Program-made: the position numbers and the translations under genes
Source: Amoebophrya sp. A120
Lineage: Eukaryota > Protista > Dinoflagellata
DNA: 64,000 nt
Direction: 5' to 3'
NCBI GenBank assembly: GCA_905178155.1
Contig: CAJINV010000002.1
Location: 3,787,838 to 3,851,837 of the forward strand
In this document: one piece after another, positions 48,288 to 62,100 of the stretch
How positions within the stretch are numbered: the stretch's first letter is position 1
How the letters are laid out: every line of letters begins with the position of its first letter
Notes under the pieces: generated by a model
Database searches by the model: none
What the model was told of the DNA's origin: nothing
What the model saw: only the letters and a program-made list of their open reading frames with translations

Positions 48288-50143
48288 TATCAAATGTAAA
48301 AATGTCTGGGTCTGGAAGGTTAGAACTTGTCATGCTAAATCTGAATGATGCAAAAATCTGTGTTGCGTGAGTACCAAAAGCTGTCCGCTTTTGACCCAGT
48401 TGAGAGGGAGTTTCTCATGCAGGAAAGGCATGACAGAGACCTCACAAAATCTGTCATGCTGGGTCTCACATTCCAGACCTCATGGGTCATGGAAAACCTG
48501 CCTCATGGGTCATTTTCTGTAGGGCAATGCCACCCTCGATTCTTCACCCCCAGGGGGTTGGGGTCCCCTCTTCCAATGTGTATTGGTTGAGGACTGCCCC
48601 CTTCATCCTAAGTGCCATCAGCCATGGTATCTGGAAAANNNNNNNNNNNNNNNNNNNNNNNNNNNNNNNNNNNNNNNNNNNNNNNNNNNNNNNNNNNNNN
48701 NNNNNNNNNNNNNNNNNNNNNNNNNNNNNNNNNNNNNNNNNNNNNNNNNNNNNNNNNNNNNNNNNNNNNNNNNNNNNNNNNNNNNNNNNNNNNNNNNNNN
48801 NNNNNNNNNNNNNNNNNNNNNNNNNNNNNNNNNNNNNNNNNNNNNNNNNNNNNNNNNNNNNNNNNNNNNNNNNNNNNNNNNNNNNNNNNNNNNNNNNNNN
48901 NNNNNNNNNNNNNNNNNNNNNNNNNNNNNNNNNNNNNNNNNNNNNNNNNNNNNNNNNNNNNNNNNNNNNNNNNNNNNNNNNNNNNNNNNNNNNNNNNNNN
49001 NNNNNNNNNNNNNNNNNNNNNNNNNNNNNNNNNNNNNNNNNNNNNNNNNNNNNNNNNNNNNNNNNNNNNNNNNNNNNNNNNNNNNNNNNNNNNNNNNNNN
49101 NNNNNNNNNCTGGTCTACGGGCCAGTAGCTGGAAGAATAAAAAGCCCTTTCTCTCCGTAGTACCTACTAGGTAGGTGCTTAGATAGTAACTCTGTTCTCT
49201 ATCTTCGGACAGCATGCTAGTGAGCATGCCTAGTCCCTGACGCTTGAGACGTCCACAGAGTTATGAGCCCAACCATTCCCCAAGTGGGAAAGGTAAGAAC
49301 TACTAGCCCCCTTCCCCCGTAGGTCCCTGCATAAGAGCAGCGGACGAGCCACCCATGCTCAGGGCTGTAGTCGCCTCCCTGTGTGGCTATGCCGCGCTTG
49401 GAGTGCCAGAATAGCGCAAGGCGCTAGAAAGGGCAAAAGTCCCCTCGCACTGATTGGAGAAGAAAGATCTTCTGGGGATCTGGTCACGGTCTTGGTTTCA
49501 CTAAGATCTTTGCTTGGGGTCCTCATAAGAAGTTCTACACTGTGGTGGAGAAGATCTCATCAGCGTGGGGTCTTCTACAAATTCTGGGTTCACGCGCCCA
49601 AAGGTTCCTGATCTTAATTCAGGATCGACATTAGGTTTCTCGTAAGAAGCTATTTAATAGCTGTAGCACAGATTTCGAATCTGCTCCCTGGGGCGCTTAA
49701 CAAACTTCACTCAGGTGGTGCAAGCTAGCGGGGAACTGCAACAAGCTCGCACAAGTGCCAACGCGGTGCGTTGGTGGAAAGCAAGCAAGCTCGGGGTAGC
49801 TGTTCGAGAAACAGCTTGCAGGTCCAGTCGACGCCTCTGTAGGGACAGAGGCGAATGAGGATTGAGGTTGAGCAACGAGCTCAGGCTCGTGTGAGAAGTA
49901 TAATGTAGTCTGAGTCGGGCCTATTACGGCTCGAAGTCGTAGCTTCGGTTGTCTCGGTGCATCGAAGGAATGCCGCGAAGGCGCTGCCACCGGGAGTGGT
50001 AGCCGCCTACCGCGAGAACGGTTTTGATGTTCACAGATTGGAGGCACATGCTGTGCATGGCAATTTTTGTGACGCGTTCTTTTGTGATGCATTCCGCTTC
50101 ATGACAAATTCCGTTCTTTACGCGAACGCTTTTTTCTGTTATG

Positions 50144-53100
50144 GAGGTACTGAAAGAGGACTTATCAAATGCAAAAGTGTCTGGGTCTGGAAGATTCTAA
50201 ACTTGTGATGCTGTCCGTGGAAGATTCCAAAACACTTTGTATTGCATGACCCGCAATAGGGGCCGGGCTGGTAGTCCCACTTAAGGACGAGGGCATCTCT
50301 CATGCGGTAGAGATTATATCACAAAGCTTTCTAAAAATCTCTGATGCTGCGGCATGCATCACAGACATCATGGCTCATGTTATTTAAGATATGCATGACC
50401 ATAAATCTAGAACTCTTCCAGACCCAGACATTTTTGCATGTGATAGGACTGCTTGGCAAACTATTTGACTGGCGCGTGCATTCTGTACAGCAAATGCGAG
50501 CCTAAAAGGTTGGACAGGCAATACAAACCCGAGTTTTTCGAAACCGTGCCCGGACTGGTTTGTGACGACGGCAGCTGCGTGTTCAACGATGCGACACCAA
50601 TCGCACTTCTCCTCACCTCCTACGTGCGGTTCGGCCGTCCCGGTGGCGTGCCCGAAATGGAGCCCCCGCAAGACTGCACGGGGTCATGGAGTGTAGCAGC
50701 TTCGGACGCGGAGTTGGAGCAACAGTGCACCGGCACGGGAGAGACCCTCACGCGCAAGTACACGCAGACCCAAGCCGCGGCAAACGGCGGTGCCCCCTGC
50801 GAGGCCGCAGACGGAGCTGAGAGCAGTTTGAAGTATCAAATGCAAAAATGTCTGGGTCTGGAAGAATGCAAGTTTGTCATGCTTGTCTGGCATGACTCGA
50901 GAATCTGTGTTGCATAGGCGCGATACGGCCCTCTTACCTGTCATGCAAAAACGCAGTTTGCCATGCGGAATACGTAAGACATGGCACCCAAAAAATTTGC
51001 CATGCATAGCTGCGTATTGTAGTGCGTCTCTCATTCACTTTTGGCATTACACCCAGACATGTTTGCAATCCATATTGAGTGTCCTTGTGATAAAGCCGGA
51101 TACCATGATATGCAAGAAAAAAACTGTGTAACTCTGTAATGCAGACGCAGAGCATGCAACAGAGTTACACCTGTCATGCCAGACAAGCGTGAAGTCCTCT
51201 TTTCATGTGTGTTTTCCCTCACATGTAGAGCCACGCATGACAGGTTTTCTCTGTCATGTAGAGCAAACTTGTGATGCTGTCAGCCAAAGAAAGTTACACG
51301 AGCACAATTTTTGTCTTGGATACACGAGGACACCGCTGCAGGCACTTGCACGCAGAATGTCTGCACTATGGAAGCGTCAGGTGCGGAATCGACAAAGTTG
51401 CAGCATTTTTTTGTCACGCATAAAGACGATGATGCCACCAGTTTGGCCCCCAATTTCTAAGCGGCGCATCACAAATGTTGGCAACACCTAAATGTAGTTT
51501 GCCGCGCTGTTTGGTGGGCAAAGAAGACTGTCTCTGTCATGCTACTTGAGCAGCTCTAGTATCTCTAGCCCCAAACAGTCCTCTTTACGCATTACGACTT
51601 ACTGCTCTGTCGATTTGTTCAAACCTGACACCCTCATATTGAAATGTGAGCACGGCGAGGAGGCGACTGGCACCGCTTGCACCTCGCGTGATGCGGTGAT
51701 CTGCACTGCTTGCACTACGGCCGGCTATCACAAAAGCGGGAACAACTGCGTGCAGAACGACTGCACTTGCCCGCACGGCAATGAGGCGACGGGGGCGGCC
51801 TGCACCTCGCATAATACGGAGATTTGCCACGATTGCGATGCTGGATACCACCTAGACGCTGCAAACTGCGTCGTGAATACCTGCAAATGCGAGCACGGAA
51901 CAGCATTAACGGGGCCACCGACGTGCGTAAACGACGATGTGACGGTTGGCTGTCAGCAAGGCACTTGCAACTCGGGGTATCACTTCGAAGACGATGGCTC
52001 AGCCAAAAACTGCGTCGTGAATACCTGCAAATGCGAGCACGGAACGCCGTTAACCGGGCCGCCGACGTGCGTCGACCATCAGACGACGGCTGGCTGTCAG
52101 CAAGGCACTTGCAACTCGGGGCATCACTTCGAAGACGATGGCTCAGCCAAAAACTGCGTCGTGAATACCTGCAAATGCGAGCACGGAACGCCGTTAACCG
52201 GGCCGCCGACGTGCGTCGACCATCAGACGACGGCTGGCTGTCAGCAAGGCACTTGCAACTCGGGGCATCACTTCGAAGACGATGGCTCAGCCAAAAACTG
52301 CGTCGTGAATACCTGCAAATGCGAGCACGGAACGCCGTTAACCGGGCCGCCGACGTGCGTCGACCATCAGACGACGGCTGGCTGTCAGCAAGGCACTTGC
52401 AACTCGGGGCATCACTTCGAAGACGATGGCTCAACCAAAAACTGCGTCGTGAATACCTGCAAATGCGAGCACGGAACGCCGTTAACCGGGCCGCCGACGT
52501 GCGTCGACCATCAGACGACGGCTGGCTGTCAGCAAGGCACTTGCAACTCGGGGCATCACTTCGAAGACGATGGCTCAACCAAAAACTGCGTCGTGAATAC
52601 CTGCAAATGCGAGCACGGAACGCCGTTAACCGGGCCGCCGACGTGCGTCGACCATCAGACGACGGTTGGCTGTCAGCAAGGCACTTGCAACTCGGGGCAT
52701 CACTTCGAAGACGATGGCTCAACCAAAAACTGCGTCGTGAATACCTGCAAATGCGAGCACGGAACGCCGTTAACCGGGCCGCCGACGTGCGTCGACCATC
52801 AGACGACGGTTGGCTGTCAGCAAGGCACTTGCAACTCGGGGCATCACTTCGAAGACGATGGCTCAACCAAAAACTGCGTCGTGAATACCTGCAAATGCGA
52901 GCACGGAACGCCGTTAACCGGGCCGCCGACGTGCGTCGACCATCAGACGACGGTTGGCTGTCAGCAAGGCACTTGCAACTCGGGGCATCACTTCGAAGAC
53001 GATGGCTCAACCAAAAACTGCGTCGTGAATACCTGCAAATGCGAGCACGGAACGCCGTTAACCGGGCCGCCGACGTGCGTCGACCATCAGACGACGGTTG

Positions 53101-56100
53101 GCTGTCAGCAAGGCACTTGCAACTCGGGGCATCACTTCGAAGACGATGGCTCAACCAAAAACTGCGTCGTGAATACCTGCAAATGCGAGCACGGAACGCC
53201 GTTAACCGGGCCGCCGACGTGCGTCGACCATCAGACGACGGTTGGCTGTCAGCAAGGCACTTGCAACTCGGGGCATCACTTCGAAGACGATGGCTCAACC
53301 AAAAACTGCGTCGTGAATACCTGCAAATGCGAGCACGGAACGCCGTTAACCGGGCCGCCGACGTGCGTCGACCATCAGACGACGGTTGGCTGTCAGCAAG
53401 GCACTTGCAACTCGGGGCATCACTTCGAAGACGATGGCTCAACCAAAAACTGCGTCGTGAATACCTGCAAATGCGAGCACGGAACGCCGTTAACCGGGCC
53501 GCCGACGTGCGTCGACCATCAGACGACGGTTGGCTGTCAGCAAGGCACTTGCAACTCGGGGCATCACTTCGAAGACGATGGCTCAACCAAAAACTGCGTC
53601 GTGAATACCTGCAAATGCGAGCACGGAACGCCGTTAACCGGGCCGCCGACGTGCGTCGACCATCAGACGACGGTTGGCTGTCAGCAAGGCACTTGCAACT
53701 CGGGGCATCACTTCGAAGACGATGGCTCAACCAAAAACTGCGTCGTGAATACCTGCAAATGCGAGCACGGAACGCCGTTAACCGGGCCGCCGACGTGCGT
53801 CGACCATCAGACGACGGTTGGCTGTCAGCAAGGCACTTGCAACTCGGGGCATCACTTCGAAGACGATGGCTCAACCAAAAACTGCGTCGTGAATACCTGC
53901 AAATGCGAGCACGGAACGCCGTTAACCGGGCCGCCGACGTGCGTCGACCATCAGACGACGGTTGGCTGTCAGCAAGGCACTTGCAACTCGGGGCATCACT
54001 TCGAAGACGATGGCTCAACCAAAAACTGCGTCGTGAATACCTGCAAATGCGAGCACGGAACGCCTTTAACCAGGCCGCCGACGTGCGTAAGCGACGGTGT
54101 GACGATTGGGTGTCAGCAAGACAGTTGCAATTCTGGGCATCACTACCAGGACGATGGCTCAACCAAAAATTGTGTGCTGAATCTCGCGAACCCAGTGTTA
54201 CCGCGCGGGTTTGGTATGCATTGCAAATCTAGTATCGTACTACCTAGTAGTAATCATTGCGTTACAAATTTCATATTTGTCAACTTGTTGGTGAAAAGTG
54301 GACTACGTGTAAAAATGCTGATTTTTTATTCCCTGCACATTTCTGTCATGCGAAGATATTGCAACTACTACGAAATGAAACTACGCAGGCGATAGTACTT
54401 TTGCACAGGATGTTCGACCTCCATCTGCAGCTGGCGGACGGTGTCACGGACGTGGCTGCGGCTTTGCAGACCTTGAAAACGGCTGTGAAAGTATCCTGTG
54501 TAAAAACGTCCCCACCCGAGAGTTGTCATGCAAATCTGCATGCTGAAAATGTTTCTCATGCGGAGCCCCATGAGAAGCATTTTCCAGTCATGTTTTGGGA
54601 TTTGTCATGCTCCAATCAGCATGATATACTAGATCTGTGATGCTGCTGAGCTAGCTCAAACAGCACTACGATACGAGTCCACATTTGTCATGCAAAACAG
54701 CCGAAGCTTGTGGATCTTGACTATGGGGCGGGGACGTTTTTACATAGGATAGAAAGCTACGGTCGGCGAGTTTTTCCAACAAACCGCGGGCATCGCGTTG
54801 ACACCGGAACAAATCTATCAAATGCAAAAATGTCTGGGTCGTCTGGAAGAGTATACACTTGTCATGCGGGTTTTCCATGACCCATGTGGTCTGGAATGCG
54901 GGACCTAGCATGACAGACTCTGTGAGGTCTTTGCCATGTGTGTCCTGCATGAGAAAGAACTTCGTCCCAACTGGGTTGACAGTGGACAGCTTTTGGTAAT
55001 CATGCAACACAAGTTTTCGCAGGATTCGGACTCAGCATGACAAGTTCCAACCTTCCAGACCCAGACATATTTGCAGTTCATAAAATCGAAAATGTCGAAA
55101 TCACGTTAAAAGACCCGAACGCAGTGTGTGTCCCGCTCAAATGGTACAGTCTCAAACGTTACAACAGAATAAATGGAAATGATCTGTGATGCAAGAAGTG
55201 CTGGATCTAGCCAAGCCTACGCCCACAGGGAGATTGCGCATGACAAGTGTAGTTTGAGTCCCAAGCCGCGCTAGAACCTGGCGAAATTCGTAATGTAGAG
55301 AGTGGAACGCTCTGCGATTCTATCATGCTCGTCATGCAACACAAGTTCCAGATGCTATTGTAACGCTTGAGGTTGTAATACCTGAGTAGGTTATACGGTG
55401 CCGCCGAATGTTGAAGTCGAAATAACCTTCGGCGTGCGCGTGGACAGCTCCGATGTGGATGAAATCAATGCCGTATGCATAGCAAATATCCATCTGGGTG
55501 TGGATTTGTGATGCGAGAGGTGAAGGACAGCAAGATCTGTAATGCCTGAGTACGATTGTTACCAATTTTGAATATGTCGTACAGGAAGGCAGTTTGTCAT
55601 GCGTTCTACGCTTAATTCTGCAACAAGCCTCGCGCAACTTCTGATGCTGTTATGCCGTGTAAGTGGCTACTCTGCGACGTGAGTATCAGCAACACAATAA
55701 ATTTTTCCCAGACGTCCACGGATATTTGCAGTTGATATGCCGCGTGGGCTCCCGATGCGGAGTTGTCCCCGACCGGGACTGAGGTGCAAGCGTTAAATTC
55801 GGCAGTAAAGAAAGCGGTCAATGAGGACCCGGCTATGAGTAACCAAATGACAGTCCCCGACACGAATGCAGTGCCAGGAACGGTCATCGTTACAACAACG
55901 ACAACCACGACGACCACGCCAACGCTTCTCCCAAGGGGCTTCGACCTGAAATTAGATCTCCCAGCCGGTGCTGACGTCGCGACTGCGCTGAGTGACCCTG
56001 TGTTGAGAAGCAGTGTGGCGGCCGGTCTGGTCGAATATCTAAACGCGAAACAGGTCGGGGTGACGCTGACAGCTGATCAGATTGCGAATTTGCAAATCAC

Positions 56101-59100
56101 GGAAAAGGAGGGACTCCTGGGTCAATTCGAAGTTCATTTTGATGTTGAGATTGATCCGGCGCATGTATGAAGTGCAAAAGCTTATCGTACAAGTCGGATT
56201 TGACAAGTTCTTCAGTGTTGTGTGACAGCACGATCTTTGTTTTTTCACCTGAAAATTCGCATGGCAATTTCCATTCCCGCATTTGAAAAAATGTGTTACT
56301 ACGGAAAATACTTCCTTACTTTTGCAATGCACATTAGTACTTCCTTACTTTTACTTTTTTACGGTGATGCTTTTGCAATGCACATTAGGCTGGACAAATC
56401 GATTTCGCCTGGGATCCTCATGCGGCTTTGACCGAAGCCGCGATGCAGAATTTAGGAGCAGAGCTGCGGACTGCCGTTAGCAACAATGCGGCTAACATGA
56501 GTATGAGTATATCAGTTCCCGATACTGACGCAGTGCCAGGAACGGTCATCGTTACAACAACCACAACCACGACGACCACGCCGACACTGCTACCCAGGGG
56601 CTTCGACCTGAAACTGCAACTTCCAGACGGTACTGACGTTGCGACTGCGCTTCGTGATCCTGCACTGAAAAGCAGCCTGGTGGCCGGGTTGGTTGAATTT
56701 TTGAACGGGCAGCCGGGTGGGGTAACGCTGACAGCTGACCAGATCGAGAATTTGCAAATCAGGGAGAAGGAGAATGCCCAGGGGCAATATGAAGTGCTTT
56801 TTGATATTGAAGTCGACCCTGCGGATGTATGCAGAGTGAAAGTTTTTTATCGTGCTGGGGCGAGAAGTTCTGCAATGTCGCATGACAAGTTTTTGCTTTC
56901 TATGTCTGAATCTGCATGAGAAACAAGGTCATGGCGCGGGGACAGAGTCCCCGCGCTGCGACCTTGCGGCGAAGAAGGGCCACCCGCGGCGGCTTTTCTT
57001 GCCCATGATGCGGCAGGTTTTTTTTTTGCGACAGAACGGGGTAGCTTGGCGCTCGTGGTGCCGGCGCCCCCCCTGGAAAAATGCGCCTTTTTCTGCGCCC
57101 CTGGGCGGGGCGCCCCCCCCAAAGGACTACCCACGACCAACCGAGGGCGCGGCCGTCCGGGAGGTTGTTTTCCCGAACCAGGGCGCGCGGGCCTGTTTCT
57201 GCGCCCCTGGGCGGGGCGCCCCCCCCAAAGGACTACCCCCGACCATGCGAGGGGGGGCGCGGCCACCTTCCTGGAGCCTGTTCTCCGAACCAGGGCGCAC
57301 AGACCTGTTTCTGCGCCCCTTGGCGGGGCCCCCCCAGCAGGACTACCCACGACCAAGTGAGGGGGGGGCGCGGCCTTCCTGGGGGCTGTTAGTTCGCTTC
57401 GCACTCCCGAATCAGGCCGCGCGGACCTGTTTCTGCGCCCCTGGGCGGGGCGCCCCCCCCCCAATGAATAGGCAGCCAATCTTTGGCCCCCGGGGTCGGG
57501 CCTGACTCTTGAAAAGCGGCCCCCGGGGTCGGGTGTTCCTTTTCCGAAGTCAGGTGGGGAGCATGTTTTGAGTTGTGCAGGAGGTTTTTGCCGATTCGGG
57601 TCGTGTTGGATACCCCCGAACAGGGGTCGGAACATACCCCGGAACACACCCCAGAACACACCCCGAAACACACCCCAGACCATGCCCCGAAAGCCACTTT
57701 CCGACAGTCAGGTCCGGGGTCGGGCCAGACTCTCGAAAAGTGACCTCCGGGGCCGGGTGTCACTTTTGCCGAGTCAGGTGTGGGGTATGTTTTGGGGGGT
57801 GCGTGAGGAAATGGCCGAGTTAGGTCGTGTTTGATACCCCGGAACAGGGGTCGGAACATACCCCGGAACACCCCCCGAAAACTCATTTTTGGGCAGTTGC
57901 TGCAGTTTAAATAGTAATTTCATTTTTACTTCTGCAAAAATTTTCAATCGCAGTACTAATTTCTAGTGCGATAGTACATCTTTTGCAAATGCATACCCTG
58001 CTGAAAAAGTCGACTACGCCTGGCATCCCGATGTGGCTTTAACTGCAGACGAGATGGAGACTTTGGGAACAAAGCTCCAGACGGCCGTTAGCGCAAATGC
58101 GGCCAACATGACCACGCAAGTAACTGTACCTGATCCCGCCGATGCTGTAACAGGAACGGTCCTCGTTACAACGACCACCACAACCACTACCACACCAACA
58201 CTGCTACCCAGGGGCTTTGACTTGAAATTGAACCTTCCAGCAGGTGTCAACAACGTTGCGAAAGCGCTGGAAGATCCCGTGCTACGAAGCAGCGTGGTTG
58301 CGGGTGTATTGGAATTTTTAAACGGGCAGCCGGGTGGGGTAACGCTGACAGCTGATCAGATCGCGAATTTGCAAATCAGGGAAAAGCCGGGGGTGTCGGG
58401 GGAGTTTGAAGTGCTTTTTGATATTGAAGTGGACCCTGCGGATCTATGCAGAGTGAAAGTTTTGTCGTGCTGGGGCGAGAGGTTCTGCAGTGTCGCATGA
58501 CAGATCTGGTTTTTATGTGTGAATCTGCATGACAAATTTCCAATTTTTGCTTCTGCAAAAATTTTCAATCGCAGTACTAATTTCTAGTGCGATACGACTT
58601 TTGCAAATGCATACCCTGCTGAAAAAGTCGACTACGCGTGGCATCCCGATGTGGCTTTAACCGCAGACGAGATGGAGACTTTGGGAACAAAGCTCCAGAC
58701 GGCCGTTAGCGCAAATGCGGCCAACATGACCACCCAGGTAACAGTACCTGATCCCGCCGATGCTGTAACAGGAACGGTCCTCGTTACAACGACCACCACA
58801 ACCACTACCACTCCGACACTGCTACCCAGGGGCTTCGACTTGAAGTTGAACCTTCCAGCAGGTGTCAACAACGTTGCGAAAGCGCTGGAAGATCCCGTGC
58901 TGAGGAGCAGTGTGGTTGCGGGTGTATTGGAATTTCTAAATGGGCAGCCGGGTGGTGTAACGCTGACAGCTGATCAGATCGAGAATTTGCAAATCAGGGA
59001 AAAGCCGGGGGTGTCGGGGGAGTTTGAAGTGCTTTTTGATATTGAAGTGGACCCTGCGGATCTATGCATTGCAAAAGTTTATTTATCGTGCTCAGGCGAG

Positions 59101-62100
59101 TAGAGGTTCTGCAGTGTCGCATGACAGATCTGATTTTTATGTGTGAATCTGCATGACAAATTCCCAATTTTTGCTTCTGCAAAAATTTTCACACGCAGTA
59201 CTAATTTCTAGTGCGATACGACTTTTGCAAATGCATACCCTGCTGAAAAAGTCGACTACGCGTGGCATCCCGATGTGGCTTTAACTGCAGACGAGATGGA
59301 GACTTTGGGAACAAAGCTCCAGACGGCCGTTAGCGCAAATGCGGCCAACATGACCACGCAAGTAACTGTACCTGATCCCGCCGATGCTGTAACAGGAACG
59401 CTTATTGTCACAACGACCACGTCCACAACCACCACGCCAACACTTCTACCGAGGGGCTTCGATCTGAGCTTGAATTTGGATCTCCCAGGGGACGGCAGCA
59501 CTGATGTCGCGACTGCGCTGAGTGATATCAAATGCAAATATGTCTGGGTCTGGAAGATTCTGAGACTTGTCATGCGCGTTTTGCATAAGACACGATGTCT
59601 GTGATGCATGCCCCAGCGCCACGGACTTTCTGAGGGCTTCTTGATGCCTATTCCGCATCACAAATTATGCCCTCTCAGCGTAGCAAAAATTGCATTCGCT
59701 TTGCTGCTCATGCGATACAGACTTTTTTGGAGTCCAAATGTAGCATCACAAGTTGCATTTTTCCAGACCCAGACATATGTGCAATTCATAAGTGACCCCG
59801 CACTACGAAGCAGCGTGGTTATATGGAACTGTCAGGATCGAAATTGACAAAATCGAAAAACTTGTGATGCATAAAATGCATGACGCGAAATACGTGTGTT
59901 GCAGAACAGGCAAGTGAGGCCGATTGTGAGCCTGTTTGAGGTTATAGCTCGAGCTGCTAGAGCAGCATGAGAGAATCAGTCTTCTTTGCCTAAACAGCAT
60001 TACAAACTGGATTTAGGCACCACCAGAATTTGTGATGCGCCACTTAGAAACTGGGTTCGAACTGGAATCCATCTTATGCATGACAAATCCTTTCGATTTT
60101 GTCAATTTCGATTCTGACACTTCCATAGGTTGCCGGTCTTGTGAAGTTTTTGAACGACCAGCCGGGAATGGGTGGCGTCACCCTGACCGCTGACCAGATC
60201 GTGAATTTACAAATCCGGCAAAAGGAGGGGGGAGAATCGGGGCAATTCGAAGTGCATTTTGATGTCGAAATTGATCCGGCGCATGTATGCAGTGCAAAAG
60301 CTTTTTTTTACTACAACTCGGATGTTGACGAGTTCTGCGCTGTTGCATGTAGACGCGATCTACCTTGCTTTCTTACTGGAAAAATCTGCATGATTTTATT
60401 CTGTTCTTGTTCCGTAAAACTAAAAACAACTTTGCAAATTGCACTTTAAGTGCAACTCTCATCAACTCGTGAGAAAGCCCGTGATGTGAAAGAAGTGCTT
60501 TTGGACCACTGCACACCATGCTGATTCAATCAACTCCGCCTGGGATCCCGCCTCGGACTTGCCAGAAACCGCGATGCAAAATTTGGGAGAAAAGCTGCAA
60601 ACGGCCGTTAGCGACAATGCGGCTAATATGAGCACTAACATCACGGTGCCCAGCACAGCTGTAGGCGGAACGGTCTATGCATTGCAAAAGTATCGTACTC
60701 GTGTAAATGCATTGCAAATTTCCTCAGCGTGAGAAATAAAATTTGTAATGCGGATTTCGATTTACCTTAGGAAAAAGATTTGTAATGCAAGTCTTTATAC
60801 GAATGCGATACTTTTGCACAGGATACGGTCATCGTGACAACGACGACCACTACCACCACCACACCAACACTGCTACCAAGGGGCTTTGACTTAACACTGC
60901 AGGTGCCAGCGGACTCCTCCGACGCCGAGATCGACGATGCGCTGCGAACATTGCCGCTACGCGACGCGATAAGGACGGCAGTGGTGCAGTTTTTTGTATG
61001 AAAGAGGCCAGTGAAAAGAGTGACTCGATCTGCTGGTGACAAGGCCCTTCTTGTGCAAAGAGGTTGTTTAAATTTGCCACGCAGCTTCAAGTTCAATCAT
61101 CTGTATAAAGAAAAATTGCCTCGACGAAGAAGATTCATGAAAAGTCAATGAATAGTCTTTTTGCAGTTGATGTTTTATTCGTCCAAGCTTAGGTTGTAGA
61201 GGACCTCCATGCAGTAGATCGATACATTTTTTTAGAAAATGCATAGTCTGAAAATAAATTGAACGACGTGACTCTGACGGAGGAGGAGATAGAAAATTTG
61301 CAAATCACCAAAAAGCTCGACGCCAGCACCCCTCCCACGGTGGAGGTGGAAGTGACTTTTGCGGTCCGCATTGACCCCGCGCATGCGAGTGCAGTAAACG
61401 AGGCTTGGGATCCGGACGCTGTTTTGGGGGGCGAGGCGCTGGAAACGTTAGTCGAGGCAGTGAGAACCGCGTTTAATGCCATGGAGGAGGATCCTATTAC
61501 CGGTCCTAGTATAATCACGCTGCCCGATATGGAAGCGTCAGAATCGAGATTCGCAAAATCGAAAAACTTGTGATGCACAAAACCGATGCCAGTTGGGGCC
61601 TCAGTTTGCAAGCGGCGCAAGACAAATTGCGGGAGCACCCAAATCCAGTCTGTGATGCTGTTTGGACAAAGAAGAGTGCTCCTGTCATGCTACTCTGGCA
61701 GCACATTGCATACCCCTAAACAGGCTTGAAGTCGGTCTCTCTTGCCTGCTCCCCAATACAGGCCTGCAGTGCCCTACATTTTGCGCATCACAAATTTTTC
61801 GATTTTGTTGATTTCGATCCTGACAGATCCATACCCGAGGCAGGTGCTGGTACAACAGTGGTACAGCCAGTGATTGTGACCACGACCACAATATGCCTTG
61901 CAAATACGTCTAGGTCTGGAAGTATGCAACTTGTGATGCTGCATTTGGATTCTACAAAAATCTGTATTGCATGAAAAGCAAAAGAGGTCCAGTTTTTGCC
62001 ACGGCGAGAGGGCATTTCTGATGCGGTATAAGCATCAGGAAGCCCTCACAAAATCTGTGATGCTAGGGCCTGCATCACAGACATCAGGAGTCATGCAAAA

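Noticed and set aside
51715-54232. Overlapping 802-aa and 815-aa ORFs in other frames
   Set aside because: They are by-products of a stop-free 144-bp repeat. Only the Cys-rich frame joins the neighbouring exons.
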